DNA of 64,000 nucleotides from contig NC_043015.1 of assembly GCF_006345805.1 (NCBI RefSeq), positions 44,206,001 to 44,270,000 of the forward strand, read 5' to 3'. Made by a program: the position numbers and the translations under genes. Every line of letters starts with the position of its first letter. Within the stretch, counting starts at the first letter, position 1. Under the pieces are notes generated by a model that saw nothing but the letters and a program-made list of their open reading frames with translations, had not been told where the DNA came from and ran no database searches. Below are positions 37,952 to 51,909 of this stretch, in pieces. The stretch comes from Octopus sinensis (lineage: Eukaryota).

Positions 37952-38246
37952 AGTGTAACTAAAGTGTAATGTATTAGATAAAATATATCAAATATTTATT
38001 TTAAATTTTGGCATAAGGCCAGCAATTTCGGAGGCATTGGTTACATCGATCAAATCGACCCCTGTGCTCAATTGGTATTTAGCTCATCGACCCAAAAAGG
38101 AAGGAATTAAAAGTTTACTCAGAACGTAAAAAACGGACGAAATGCCGCTAACCATATTTGCCTGGTGCGCTAAAATATATTAAATATTAAATGCATAAAT
38201 TAATGCGTATTTAATATGGTAATTAAACAGATTGATAAATAGTTAC

Positions 38247-38531
38247 TATTCTGTTGTCTCTGGGGAGAGTCATTTTCTTTTTGTGCCTTATTATTTAACA
38301 CACTCACCGGTAAAATTTCCACTTATTTCTTATTTTTATTTTCCTAAAATTTTCGTTGCGTCTTGCAGCCTTTTCAATAGTCTTGACTATTGAAAATTTT
38401 GCAAGATGCAACGAAAATTTTAGGAAACTTTTAGGAAAATAAAAATAAGAAACAAGTGGAAATTCTACCGGTGAGTGTGTTACATTATAAGGCACAAAAA
38501 GAAAATGACTCTCCCCAGACACATCAGAATA
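38247..38531. mobile_element. ~285-bp near-perfect palindrome (fold-back/MITE-like)
   Basis: Arms pair from tattctg..ctggggagagtc to gactctccccag..cagaata; centre ttttcaatagtc-TT-gactattgaaaa at 38383-38384. Confidence 0.88.
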
Positions 38532-38607
38532 TGCTTCAACACACGAACTCATATAAAGAATCTTGCAAACCAAATCCCAAAACGAAATATTTACTTGATA
38601 TTGCTTT

Positions 38608-38857
38608 GTGGAGGCGCATGGCTTGGTGGTTAGGGTGATCCATGATCGTAGGACTGTGGTTTCGATTCCTGGACCGGGCGACGCGTTATGATCTTGAGCA
38701 AAACACTTCATTTCACGTTGCTCTAGACCACTCAGCTGGCAAAAATGAGTAACGCTGCGGTCGACTGGCGTCCCGTCCAGCTGGGAAACACATACGCCAT
38801 AGAAACCGGGAAAGCGAGCCCATGAGTCTGGCTAGACTTTAAAAGGGCACAAAAAAC
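38608..38857 (+). mobile_element. tRNA-derived SINE, distinct core (family D)
   Basis: C-like head, different middle (..gactggcgtcccgtccag..), tail gaaaccgggaaa..cccatgag; TSD gatat(t/c)gcttt. Confidence 0.8.
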
Positions 38858-39799
38858 AGATATCGCTTTATGTAGCGTCAGGGTGGAAAATATTGTATTC
38901 GTATGCTATAATGATTAAGGTTATAACGTAATACAAAATAAATATTTCCAGAGATAGATTAGATAAAGGAAGCTTAATAAATAAAGTTTATATTTACTGG
39001 GACAGCAAGCCTGGAGAGTGGAGTCGAACGAATCGACCCTCTTAGTGTGTTTATTGATAGATATTAGTAAATTCAAGATGGAGTTGAAGAAAATGAACTT
39101 TATTCTGAATAAAAATTTATTGGTGTCCTAAAAGATCAAAGAGTATGATAAGAATATAAATTTGAAAAAAATATCATTTTCGTGTAAATCACCAGAAAAT
39201 AATTTGTTTAATAAATTAAATAAATATCATAAAAGTAGTTCCAAGTTATAGAGAACGGTAGTTTTAGCTACTTGGAATGAATAATGGCTTATTATATAAA
39301 TAAAAATTTAATTACAAATTAGAAAATAATTGAACATTAAAATATAATTGAAAGTAAATAAAATAAACTAAAATTAGGCAAATCAGATATGAGGAAAATA
39401 TAAGATACTAGCATTATGACCCGGCGTTGCTGGGTCTAGTGCTAGTGCTTGTTGTTCGTTGCCGAGTCGTTTTATGGCATGCTTAAGGAATGATAGGATA
39501 TCAAGCATATTTGGTCTTTCATGAAAATCCCTCTCTCTTGTCATTCACTTGGTCTAACTCGTTAATTATTCCCTGCATTTCTCAAATCAAAAAAGCGTGC
39601 ACGTTTGAAAGCCAGAATATATGATGACACGTCTTCGCAAAATACAAAAGTGCGCTGAGTCCTACAGACCGTATGCAAATGCGCACGCGCATTCAACTGT
39701 CAAAGGTAACATTATCTCCGTCCAATAAAAAAACAGCTGACAGTCTATTGGCGTATCTAGCTGTACGCACGCAACGCGTACAAATGTCTATGTTTTAGC

Positions 39800-40056
39800 G
39801 ATTTTGAACTCAGAACGTAAACACAGACGAAATACCTATTTCTTTATTACCCACAAGAGGATAAACACAGAGAGGACAAACAAGGACAGACATAGGTATT
39901 AAGTCGATTACATCGACCTCAGTGCGTAATTTATCGACCCCGAAAGGATAAAAGGCAAAGTCAACCTCGGCGGAATTTGAACTCAGAACGTAACAGCAGA
40001 CGAAATACCGCTAAGCATTTCGTCCAGTGTGCTAACGTTTCTGCCAGCTCGCCGCC
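39800..40056 (-). mobile_element. SINE family A, one unit plus start of a second
   Basis: Junction gaaatacctatttc at about 39835. Confidence 0.9.
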
Positions 40057-40427
40057 GTAAGCCAGTTACATATTCTGCGGTCTCATTTATAGAACTGTTC
40101 ATTCGACGTTGGTTGGGCTGGGGTTAGAAATCAGTTACGAAAGGTACTGCGCCGTGGAATCGAATTCAAAACCATGCACTTGCAAAGCGAAATTCTTTGC
40201 CTCACAACCCTGCTTGTTTTGTTTTGCTTTAGCAATCAAATGTGTGGGTTTTGGTTACACAAACCCTATGGTCTTTTGATGTAAAAGGCGCAAGTTTAGG
40301 TAACCATGGTTCTGTGCAACTCTAATCTTTATTTCTTCACTTTTTCTATCTTATTTTACCATTCCATCTCTTTGAAATATATGTCAAGACACACGCACAC
40401 GCGCGTGATCATATGTATGTCCAGTAT

Positions 40428-40615
40428 TCGCCATGATAGATCGCTAGCCACTAACCCTTTTCTATTTTCTCTCCCTGTTTATTTCTGTGTTCCTTTCTGT
40501 TGAAGAGCGTAGGATCGAAACGTAAAAGACTTTCTCATTTCCCGAGCGTTAAACTAATCTGTTTGTTGCTTACACACCCGTCTTCGTCGTTTGTTTTTTG
40601 TAAATTCCCACTATA
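40428..40615 (+). mobile_element. Short element homologous to 9990-10235
   Basis: ctgttgaagagcgtaggatcgaaacgt...ttcccgagcgttaaactaa. Confidence 0.7.
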
Positions 40616-40647
40616 TGTAATATATATATATATATATATATAGAAGG

Positions 40648-40682
<35 letters not shown>

Positions 40683-40687
40683 GTATG

Positions 40688-40913
40688 TTGGGTTGGTGCG
40701 TAATTATTGCGGCTTTTTTTCAACAAATTTTTTTCAATAAAATCAATAACAATATTGAACAAAAACATTTTTAAATGACGGTAATTGAAGTAGATGGTGA
40801 ATACGCCCCGGAATAATCATTTAAAGATGTTTTTGTTACATCTTGTTATTGTTTTTGCTGAATCAAATTAAAATTTGTTGAAAAAAAACCGCCAATATTA
40901 TGCACCAACCCAA
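40688..40913. mobile_element. Mariner-derived MITE
   Basis: TIR TTGGGTTGGTGCGTAATTATTGCGG / CCGCCAATATTATGCACCAACCCAA, TA on the right flank. Confidence 0.88.
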
Positions 40914-40921
40914 TATATACG

Positions 40922-40962
<41 letters not shown>

Positions 40963-41056
40963 TATATATATTATATATATATATACATATATATATTATA
41001 TATATATATATATATTATATATATATATTATATATATATATATAATATATATATAC

Positions 41057-41117
<61 letters not shown>

Positions 41118-41464
41118 TATAACATTGCTGACGTCACATACTTAATGTATGCGTGTTGATTTTAGTTTTTGGGCTGCGAGAAAAGCACTGAATATCTCAA
41201 ACGATGGATAAAAAACATAATTATTCACCCTGTAGGCGAACGAGAATAGTAAGTACCTATATTTCGCTATTATTTCAGTTCATCAACATTGTATACCGAC
41301 TCACCTCGAAATGAAATTGAATCGGTGGTCTGAGGTGTATGTGCAGATAGCGTAAAATCTATTTGCTGATGTGAAACAGTGTTTCAAAAATAAACGAAAT
41401 TACATTTTGAATTACAAACAACCGTTATAAGGAAAAAACATAACCAATGCTACAAAGTAAATAT

Positions 41465-41757
41465 TACGTGACCGACCAGACCATCAGATGTTTTACACAT
41501 CGCTGGTCACAATGCGTTCGGATTGTTTTAGCCTTCGAATGACGCCACCCCTTTGGCTAAGCGAGCAGGCCAACAGAAGAAAGAGAGAGAGAAAGAGTGG
41601 TGAAAGAGTACAGCAGGGATCACCACTCCCTGCCGGAGCCTCGTGGAGCTAATAGGTGTTTTCGCTCAATAAACACTCACAACGCCCGGTCTGGGAATCG
41701 AAACCACGATCCTTCGACCGCGAGTCCGCTGCCCTAACCACTAGGCCATGGCGCTCC
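41465..41757 (-). mobile_element. SINE family C variant with third 3' tail, 13-bp TSD
   Basis: ACAAAGTAAATAT at 41452-41464 and 41758-41770; tail ...catctgatggtctggtcggtcacgta. Confidence 0.9.
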
Positions 41758-41800
41758 ACAAAGTAAATATATGTTTGCTAATATGTTCTTCAGTATTTAT

Positions 41801-41972
41801 CCCGGGAAATGTCTCTTTAAGACGTCGAGTGTTGAAAATTCACCGAATAAGAGAAACGAGGAAAAACGAGCAGCCCCTTAAGTAAAGAAGAATGGTAAAT
41901 AGAGGATAGCCCCTTGTTTGAGGTATTTAATGTTTTGTAACACTCGACGTCTTAAACGGAATGTTCTTGGGG
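41801..41972. mobile_element. Small MITE-like inverted-repeat element
   Basis: Perfect 18-bp IR TTTAAGACGTCGAGTGTT (41816-41833 / 41939-41956), imperfectly extended to CCC..GGG ends. Confidence 0.6.
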
Positions 41973-42087
41973 CGAATGATCCGGTTAATAAGCGTAGGAA
42001 CAAACCACATACAGTAAGTATACGACATCGGTGAAGTTTACATTATAGAGCTTCATCTAATTATAAATTTTACATACATACATATAT

Positions 42088-42121
<34 letters not shown>

Positions 42122-42289
42122 TTTTTATATATACTTTCTTTACGCCTATTGTCGCTTTTTCTCCGGCCAATTTTTGTCCGTTATGCCACGTGGCCAGTGT
42201 CTGGTGACTGTGCTGGAACACCAGACATGTTATAAAACAATATTTGGCCTGTACTCAGCTCATGAAATTAAACGCACACAAAAACATAT

Positions 42290-42790
<501 letters not shown>

Positions 42791-42959
42791 CAGGACACCA
42801 AAAAAAATTCGAATACAATGAGAAACGAAAACATAAACACAACACCAAGGAACTTAAACAACGAAAAGATAGAGTACAGGACAAACAGCACAAGGAAAAT
42901 TCCCCTCTCCTAAATCGATATATATATATATATATGAACTTACTTGGAAATATGCTCGC

Positions 42960-43235
42960 TTACTTCATGCTCTAGCTCGATGGGGATGGGGGTCATCCCA
43001 GGTTAGTGGTCCGAGAAGCGTCATCGGGCGTAGAGCCGATCAAGTCCACCGGTGCTCCCCGTTGCTAGCGGTCTTATGCCAGCTACTCTACATTCTCCAA
43101 GATGACGTCGACCTTCTGGAGATCTTCATTAATCGCATCCGGCTACCTGGTGCGGAGCCTTCCGCAAGGCCTCTGCTAGGTCCGCACCTGATACGGCGAA
43201 CGAGAATTAAGGCTTTGGCAAGATAATCTGGCGGG
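42960..43235 (-). mobile_element. Degenerate RTE-type LINE 3' end
   Basis: GC-rich; minus strand resembles RTE C-terminus (LENVE*LA*DR*QRGAPVDLIGST, cf. LA.DR..WR). Confidence 0.55.
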
Positions 43236-43769
43236 AGACAAAGGAAATGCATTTGATATCATCGATATGAATTCCATGAATGTTTTCATAAAGACTTAAC
43301 AAATATATAAATTATATGTTATTTTCAGAAATGTTTACTTTAATTTAGCTTCTAGTTAAAATCTGTACGCTTTTAAATATTCATTCGAGAAATGCTAAAG
43401 AACATTCTGTGAATTTATTATCCTACAAGACATTTAAAGGAAATGCCCCCTGCTAACTTTCATGTATAGCTTCATTTGCAATTTGTGAATATCCCATTCT
43501 TAGTTATCTATAACGGCCATATAAGTATTGAAAATTATGAATAATGTAATATTTCGGCTAATGAAACTTATTAATGTAATTAATAATACACATTATAATT
43601 AATCACTTTACGAAAATTTGACATTAACTTTGCATTAATTACAATTAATTGCAAAAATGTTGTAAAGAACAGATATGAGCTGATTTTCCAACAACTGTGA
43701 GGGTTTTACCAATAGAAAGTAATGAATTTCATGCTTTGACAGCTCACATCTTTCCAGTGAGACATAGAA

Positions 43770-44160
43770 TACTGCCGGATTCTATGAGAATCTAGATAAT
43801 CTCATTGGGTAAATGCCGGACGCAATCGAAGGCCATATTTGGTTCAACCAGACTCAGTACCTTCTCACAAGGACCACTTAACCAAATATTTGATGTCAAG
43901 CAATCTTTATAATCACATAACTCCAAACCTGTAGCTCCAAACTCGTCAGATTTAAATCCCATAGAGTAATAATCCATTGAGCATTCTCGAAATGGGGGCA
44001 AATCTATATCCTCAAAACATCATAGTTACATTGATGACCTCCACTTTTCCAGGTACAGGCCAAAATAAGTACGCTTTAGTGCAAGCTTGTCATCGATTCC
44101 GGTCCGTCATTGAAGCAATTATCGAATATCAAGGTTGTTTTATTGAATTAACAAACACGA
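43770..44160 (+). pseudogene. Tc1/mariner-superfamily (maT-like) transposase C-terminal remnant
   Basis: PYLVQPDSVPSHK, NSSDLNPIE, LVQACHRFRSVIEAIIEYQGCFIE. Confidence 0.75.
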
Positions 44161-45286
44161 AAATATGTCCTGAAATAACTCACACACATAGACACACAGA
44201 CAGACAAATAGACAGGCAGACAGACTCTGTCTCTCTCTCTCTGTCTCTCAGACACACACATAGACGCATATAAACTGATATATACATGTATGAGCAAATG
44301 TGTATGTATGAATGTGCGTATACATATGTGATTGAGCATTTGTATAAAATCACTCTCTTTTACTAGAGTGGTTTGAACCGGCTGAACCGACTAAAGTGTA
44401 ACACAGATAATTAGATTCATGAGGCTTTTGACCAATATTTTTGAAGACAGGAGGCTAGGCTAATGAATCGTCTCTCTGCAGTTATTATTGATTATAGGTT
44501 TTATTGATATGGAACAACCCGAAAGTATATTTGGGATAATTTGTAACTGAACTCAGATATGCAAGTCAGAAAAGTAGAGTACGGAAACGTTTTAGTCTGC
44601 AAAACGTTATAATGCGTACAATTTCCTATTGCCCTTCCTTCATATTAATAATAGAAGTGGGGGGGGGGAGGGCTGATTCTAAAATAATGCGTAACACTAG
44701 AAATAATTATAAATATTTTAAAATACAAACTCAGATAAAGTGTTATGTGGAAAAACAAACTGAAAACATTATAATATTTATGCTAAACTAGAGTCAGTGA
44801 AACAGATGAAAGGAAGGAATAGTAAAAAAAAAAAAGAAGTAAAATTGCAGTTTTCTCCCGCCCTCGCTATGTGCAAAAAGAAGATACTTTTGAATTTTCG
44901 TAACAATTATCCTGGAGATAATAAAATATAATAGAAGCAAAGCTTGCGTACTTTGTTTGGTCCATATATCATCACGGAACAAGGCAATTGGCAATTAAGA
45001 CGGAATCACTTTCGCATCGACAATTGTTCATCTCATTTGGGTAAGATTCCTATTAAAAAGTCGTACATGAGTTCTCTCTAGTAATTACTATTAATTATTC
45101 CATTAAGGAATGTTGACTGTTGTATTTGATGGCAATAGCAATTTTCAGACTCCTTTCAAAGTCTATTCAGGAGATGGACAGCGGCTGCGAACAATGAAGA
45201 ATGAAATGCGAAATTGCAAACATATCACGCATTCCCATCAGAATTGTTCCTGAATAATGCAGAAAGTTTTCAGTTCGGCTTTTATC

Positions 45287-45790
<504 letters not shown>

Positions 45791-46987
45791 CACACACAGA
45801 CACAGACATACACACAAATATGTTATATGTTGGATAAGTGTAGGAAGAAAATTCGTGCAGAAGAATTTTAACACAAGAAAAGAAAGGAAGAAAACGCGTA
45901 CAGAAAAGAAACCAGCGAAAACCGTTAATAAAAATAAATAAGCTTTAGTACGAAATAAATAAATGCAATTAAAATAAGAAAAAAAAAGCATATAAATGAT
46001 AAATCCACTAAAGAAAATGTGCAAAAATGATTAAAAAAAATAGCAAACATCTAAATAGTTGATAACAATAAAATCGGCCTTAGAAATGAATATACAAATA
46101 TTTGAGAATACTTAAATAACAATTACATACACACATGCGCGTGCATGCAATTACATTCACATATTTTCGTGTGTGCGTTTATCATTGCTCGCGTGTGTAT
46201 GTGTATGTGTGTGTATGTGTTAATTTACAAGAAAAAAAAATGCCATAGCGATGTATATAATGTATGTGTACCCACATGTACACATACAGTTGCGAACACA
46301 TTTTATATCATACCAAATTATTGCAAACTTATTCAAAAGTGTTCCGTGAAACATTTAACGATTTCGGAATGATGGGAGTCATTTTCGATATAGAAACGGA
46401 ATCGAAAAAATCAGAATTATTTTATGTAAAACGGATATGGTAAATACCTAATTATCTCAGGATTATGTTTGCTGTCGACAACTCATTTTCGTTCCACTTC
46501 AGTGGACTACAAGAAAAGATTAGTTTGGATATTCTGGTGTATGGAGAATGAGCTGTTCATACGCGCGCCACATACGAGATGTAGAATTGTTTTCGTTCGA
46601 CTTTCAACCAAAATATAAATAAGCACGTGGCTGTCATTCAATGGGGTTGGTTTGAAGACCTGTTTCATTAAAACACTAATAAACTAATAACGTTTAATGC
46701 GATAAATTGCTATAAAAATAGATTTTCTCTCAGCCAGATAACCATTTTGTACATCATCGTGTTTCACCTTAAATCAAACCTTAAATCAAACCCCTTAAAA
46801 TCGAAACAGAGTAATGGTCATTATAAGAGTGATGGTCATTACCATGTGAGGCAATTAGTAGACGGAAGGTGAGTGAAAGTCCGTCGTATATATACATATA
46901 TACATATATACATATACGTATAATTATACATATATATATATACACACCCACACATATATATATATATATGCATACTCACACGCACAA

Positions 46988-47021
<34 letters not shown>

Positions 47022-47054
47022 ACATATGTATACACACACATATATAAAACACAG

Positions 47055-47975
47055 ACCAAAGCTAGGGAGAAATTTTGTTATAGAAGATGAGGTCTTGTGT
47101 GAAATTGTTGAACTAAGTGTTCGAACAAAAGCTAAGAACAAACTATCGTGCTTTATCGGCAGATCTTGCTCGTTCACAAAGCACCATCAAAAACCATCAA
47201 TCGCCACCTCAAGAACCTTGGCTTTGTGAAGAGACGCCGTTAAGAAGCTCTTCGTGGCCTGATCAGCGACGTGACAACACTTGCAAACAACTGCCGGAAA
47301 ATCCTTGAGGTGCCCGATTTTGGTGTCGAATTGTGACTGGAGATGAAAAATGGATCTGTCTTCGTCATCTTAATAAGTGAGACCAATGGCTTCGTTCCGA
47401 ATTGGCTTTAGAACTTGTTGTGAAACAAAGGTGGTTTGAGCATGTTGTATGCATGGTGGAATTTTGAGAGTGTGCTTCACTTTGATCTTGTTCCAGGAGG
47501 TCGTGCTTTGAAAGCCGACCTTTATGCTCAACGACTGCAGCAATTATATGGTGCGCTTTGAAAGGCTACTACCCAGCACAGCTCAATCGAAGACGCGTAC
47601 ACCTACACCGTGAAAGTGCCCCAGTGCACACTGCCAAAGCAAACAAGTGCAAATTTGAGGAACCTGAAGGGTTGGAAGTGCTACTTCATTTTACCTACAA
47701 TCCAAACTATGTACGTTCTTTTCCGAGCCATGGCTCATTTCGTTTGCAGACGAACTTTCAGCAATATGGATGGGGTTGAAAATGGATGAAGGCAGCTTTT
47801 GCCTGAAATCCATCCAAATATTTTGAGTGTGGAATTGAGCTTCTGACACAACGATGGCAACAAAAAATAGAATATATTGCGATGTATTTTGATAAACAAA
47901 TTCTTTTCTTATGTAAATGATTTTAACTACTTTAATTTGTTTTAACTTCTTAACCACATAGCCATGCTGTTACTA
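47055..47975 (+). pseudogene. Degenerate mariner transposase
   Basis: CRIVTGDEKWI at about 47324-47356; AWWNFESVLHFDLVP; YPAQLNRRRVHLHRESAPVHTAK; multiple frameshifts. Confidence 0.85.
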
Positions 47976-48005
47976 TATATATAAAATATCATATATATAT
48001 ATGTA

Positions 48006-48074
<69 letters not shown>

Positions 48075-48077
<3 letters not shown>

Positions 48078-48338
48078 AAATACTAAATTTCTAAATCTCT
48101 CGTAGAGACATGTACGGTGGTGGGGCGATAGAATGGTTGTATACTGTCAATCTAACACGAACGTGACAGTAGGAGGGTACACCACGCTGTATAGCCCTAG
48201 GAAGCATCGACGCCTCCTGATGGCTTTGACACATTTTTTGTCAAAGCCATCAGGAGGGTCGATGCTTCCTAGGGCTTACAGCGGTGGTGTACCCCCCTAC
48301 TGTCACGTTCGTGTTAGATTGACAGTATACAACATTCT

Positions 48339-48340
<2 letters not shown>
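48075..48340 (-). mobile_element. Fold-back derivative of the 10526-10910 element: ~100-bp inverted arms plus ~55-nt tail, in (TA)n
   Basis: 48130-48231 pairs with 48239-48338 around a 7-nt loop; 48075-48238 is the reverse complement of about 10746-10910. Confidence 0.9.
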
Positions 48341-48369
<29 letters not shown>

Positions 48370-48479
48370 TAGATAGAGAGAGAGAGAGAGAGAGAGAGGC
48401 ACACACACATATATATACGTCCATATATGTGTGTGTCTTGTCTTTGTGTGCGTGTGTGTTGTGAGATCTAGGATCGAAC

Positions 48480-48830
48480 CCAAAATACTCGGTTGCAAGG
48501 TGGATATCAAGTGTCGATCACGATCAAATAATACTGTCACACCCCATTGTAAACCAGTCTCCTTGCAGCAACACCATGCTATTACAGGATAATCATCAGC
48601 AGTGTCCTCGAATTGCTTGCACTTTTGTTAGTATTGAAGGAAAATCGCGCCAAGAACAAACCCGAGTTGTTTGAGATGGCCACCATTGTACATACATGCT
48701 CACTTCGCGCCACAAGTAGTCCAGATCATTGGCAGAAGTTTGAGAGTGTTACGGAAAACACACACCACAACACTTGTCAGGCAACAGCAAGATTTTTCCT
48801 TTGCTGAATTTCGCTACAAATGAAAGGAAT
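48480..48830 (+). pseudogene. Possible very old mariner remnant
   Basis: KNKPELFEMATIVH resembles the mariner K..PELL...I.LHDNA region; heavily decayed. Confidence 0.35.
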
Positions 48831-49377
48831 TCTCTTTTTTCATAATTGCAACACCGATCCTTATTAGTCATACCTACGCTCGATTCTCTTCTCCTAAAAT
48901 CTCGTATAGTAGTCACTAGAAGTTTGTATTGTATTGTCCTCCGTCAGTAAATCGTTCAATAAATATGTGCAGTTATTTTGGCGTCTGTTAATTATGGTAA
49001 CATCAACAGCCGACAATAACAGTAACAAATCGTAACGACAAACCGATGAGCGAGAATCAGTGATTTTCAACATCACCGCTTCGATGCGTCATATATGTAT
49101 GTATATGCAATTAAGTGGCACCGTATACTTACGTATGCAATTAACCGAAATCTAGTAACAAAGGATAGCTATTGGAGAACTGATAGCGACAGTGTAAAAG
49201 AAAAAAATACGGAACAAGTGACATTCATTTCGTTATTACTTTGTAATATATCTCTCGTACCTCTATATTTATAGGTTTCCATTTGTAAAGATACTAAGTA
49301 ATGATACACACAAGCATATGCACGACAGATACACACACACACAAACATAAACATACATACACACACATATCTAATCG

Positions 49378-49426
<49 letters not shown>

Positions 49427-49829
49427 TCACAGATATATGGATACATGTATATACATACATATACAAATACATACATACACACACATACATACATATATAT
49501 ATAGTGTATATATACGTTCCTTAATGTTTGTGTATATACGTACATAAAAATGCATATGTGCATATATATATATATCTATATATATATATATGCGTGTATG
49601 AACATCCTTATATATATATATATTCACTATACTCACACACACATGCATTTGTGTGTGTGTATGTCATGTTGATATCAATGTTCCCATCTATCTCTCTCTC
49701 TATCTCTCTCTGTATAAATGTATACAAATACGTGTATATATATGTGTGTGTGTGTGTTTGCATGTGAATGTGTGTGCGTGCGTGTGTATGTGTGTGTAGG
49801 CATTTATGCATATAAATGAACATATACAT

Positions 49830-49861
<32 letters not shown>

Positions 49862-50315
49862 ACACACACAGACACACAAACAATGGTGACTCGGGAGACA
49901 CTGATTTTATAAAATATTTCGAACACGTATGTTTGTTTGTGGCAGATGCAGTACGCCGGGAATGAAGAAGGAATCTCTATTATGGCGTATCAAAGAGAAA
50001 TGTCGAAAGTGGAACGTTTAAAAGCACTTCTTCTTTAAAAGCTGCCAAACACAACTTGAAACATTGGCCGAGACGCATGAACTATGTCATGCTGTACGTT
50101 CATTGTTTTTGATAGCTAAAAACCGTCTTATAACTGACAAAATTATCTGGAGAAGTTCTCCGCCGAAAAAAATAAAAAATAAAATAAAATAAAAGCATTC
50201 ACAAAATAAAGAAAAAAACCCAAAAGGAAAGCGAAATATGTGTAGAGAGTAAAGCGCTTAGATACAAAGATAGAAATATATATATATATTATATATATAT
50301 ATATTATATATATAT

Positions 50316-50368
<53 letters not shown>

Positions 50369-50402
50369 TTATATATATACATATGATATATAAATGTGTA
50401 TG

Positions 50403-50451
<49 letters not shown>

Positions 50452-50526
50452 CATATTTATATATACATATATATACATATACATATATATATATACACAT
50501 TTATATAGACATATGTATATATACAA

Positions 50527-50561
<35 letters not shown>

Positions 50562-51083
50562 TATATAACATATATATATACCTATATTACCTATATACTT
50601 CTATATACGTGTATATATATTCACATGCATATGGGAAAATATATCTAATACTCACACACACACATGCATACATGCATATACGTATGTATGTATATACGTA
50701 TGTATGTATGTATGTATGTATGTATGTATGTATGTATGTATGTATTAGATATATTTACGCCGTTTCTTAAACGCATACATTCATGCATGAGCGTGCCTGC
50801 TGTCACACGCACATAAAAGCACAAACGTGAGGAGACACCGAGGTTTGGTTTTAAACCAGCCAGAGAAATGGAACGCAAGGCAGATTATTCATATTTTTCA
50901 TAAGCCGCACATTTAAAGTATTTCGAGGACTTAGTACTGTTTCAATCGACTAAATGAAATTTGAGTCTTTTCTTCTCATGATATTATGAGGCCCTTCATT
51001 CGCTGAAACTTCCCACGCAAATTAGTACGATGACCACCAACACCGACACTAAAAACCAACACCACCACGACGTCTATTACTAT

Positions 51084-51132
<49 letters not shown>

Positions 51133-51208
51133 GATAAGATCTTGCATCTTTTATATTGCACTTCTTTCAGTCATTAGACTCTGGCCATACTGGTAGTCCA
51201 GTATGATC

Positions 51209-51427
51209 TATTTCTTTACTACACACAGAGAAGACAAACAAGGACAGACAAACGAATTAAGTCGATTAAATCGACCCCAGTGCGTAACTGGTACTTAATT
51301 TTTCGACCCCGAAAGGATGAAAGGCAAAGTCGACCTCAACGGAATTTGAACTCAGAACGTACCGGCAGACGAAGTACGGCTACGCATTGCGCCCGGCGTG
51401 CTAACGTTTCTGCCAGCTCGCCGCCTT
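51209..51427 (-). mobile_element. SINE family A
   Basis: Reverse complement of the consensus. Confidence 0.92.
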
Positions 51428-51654
51428 CATGCCAGCCCAGTACGATCGTCTACACAGACACAAAATTTTGACACGTGTAGTCGAGCTAGATTGGTTGCAC
51501 AGGTAGATACCTCCTTACGTAATTTTACCAGCGCGTCAAGCTTACATAACCGGGTTAGCGAATTTTGTTGAGCGGACGTAAATGTGAGCAACCTTAATAA
51601 AATATGATGTTCGCTCTGAAGAGGGTGATTACATTAGAATCACATATAGTTATC

Positions 51655-51877
51655 GCTTTACTACCCCCAAGGGCCTAAACATAGAGGGGACAAACAAGGA
51701 CAGACAAACGGATTAAGTCGATTACATCGACCCCAGTACGTAACTGGTACTTAATTTATCGACGCCGAAAGGATGAAAGGCAAAGTCGACCTCGGTGGAA
51801 TTTGAACTCAGAACGCAGCGGCGGACGAAATACCGCTAAGCATTTTGCCCGGCGTGCTAACGATTCTGCCAGCTCGC
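51655..51877 (-). mobile_element. SINE family A
   Basis: Reverse complement of the consensus. Confidence 0.92.
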
Positions 51878-51909
51878 ATATAGTTATTAAAGTTCTAGCA
51901 ACAGAGATG

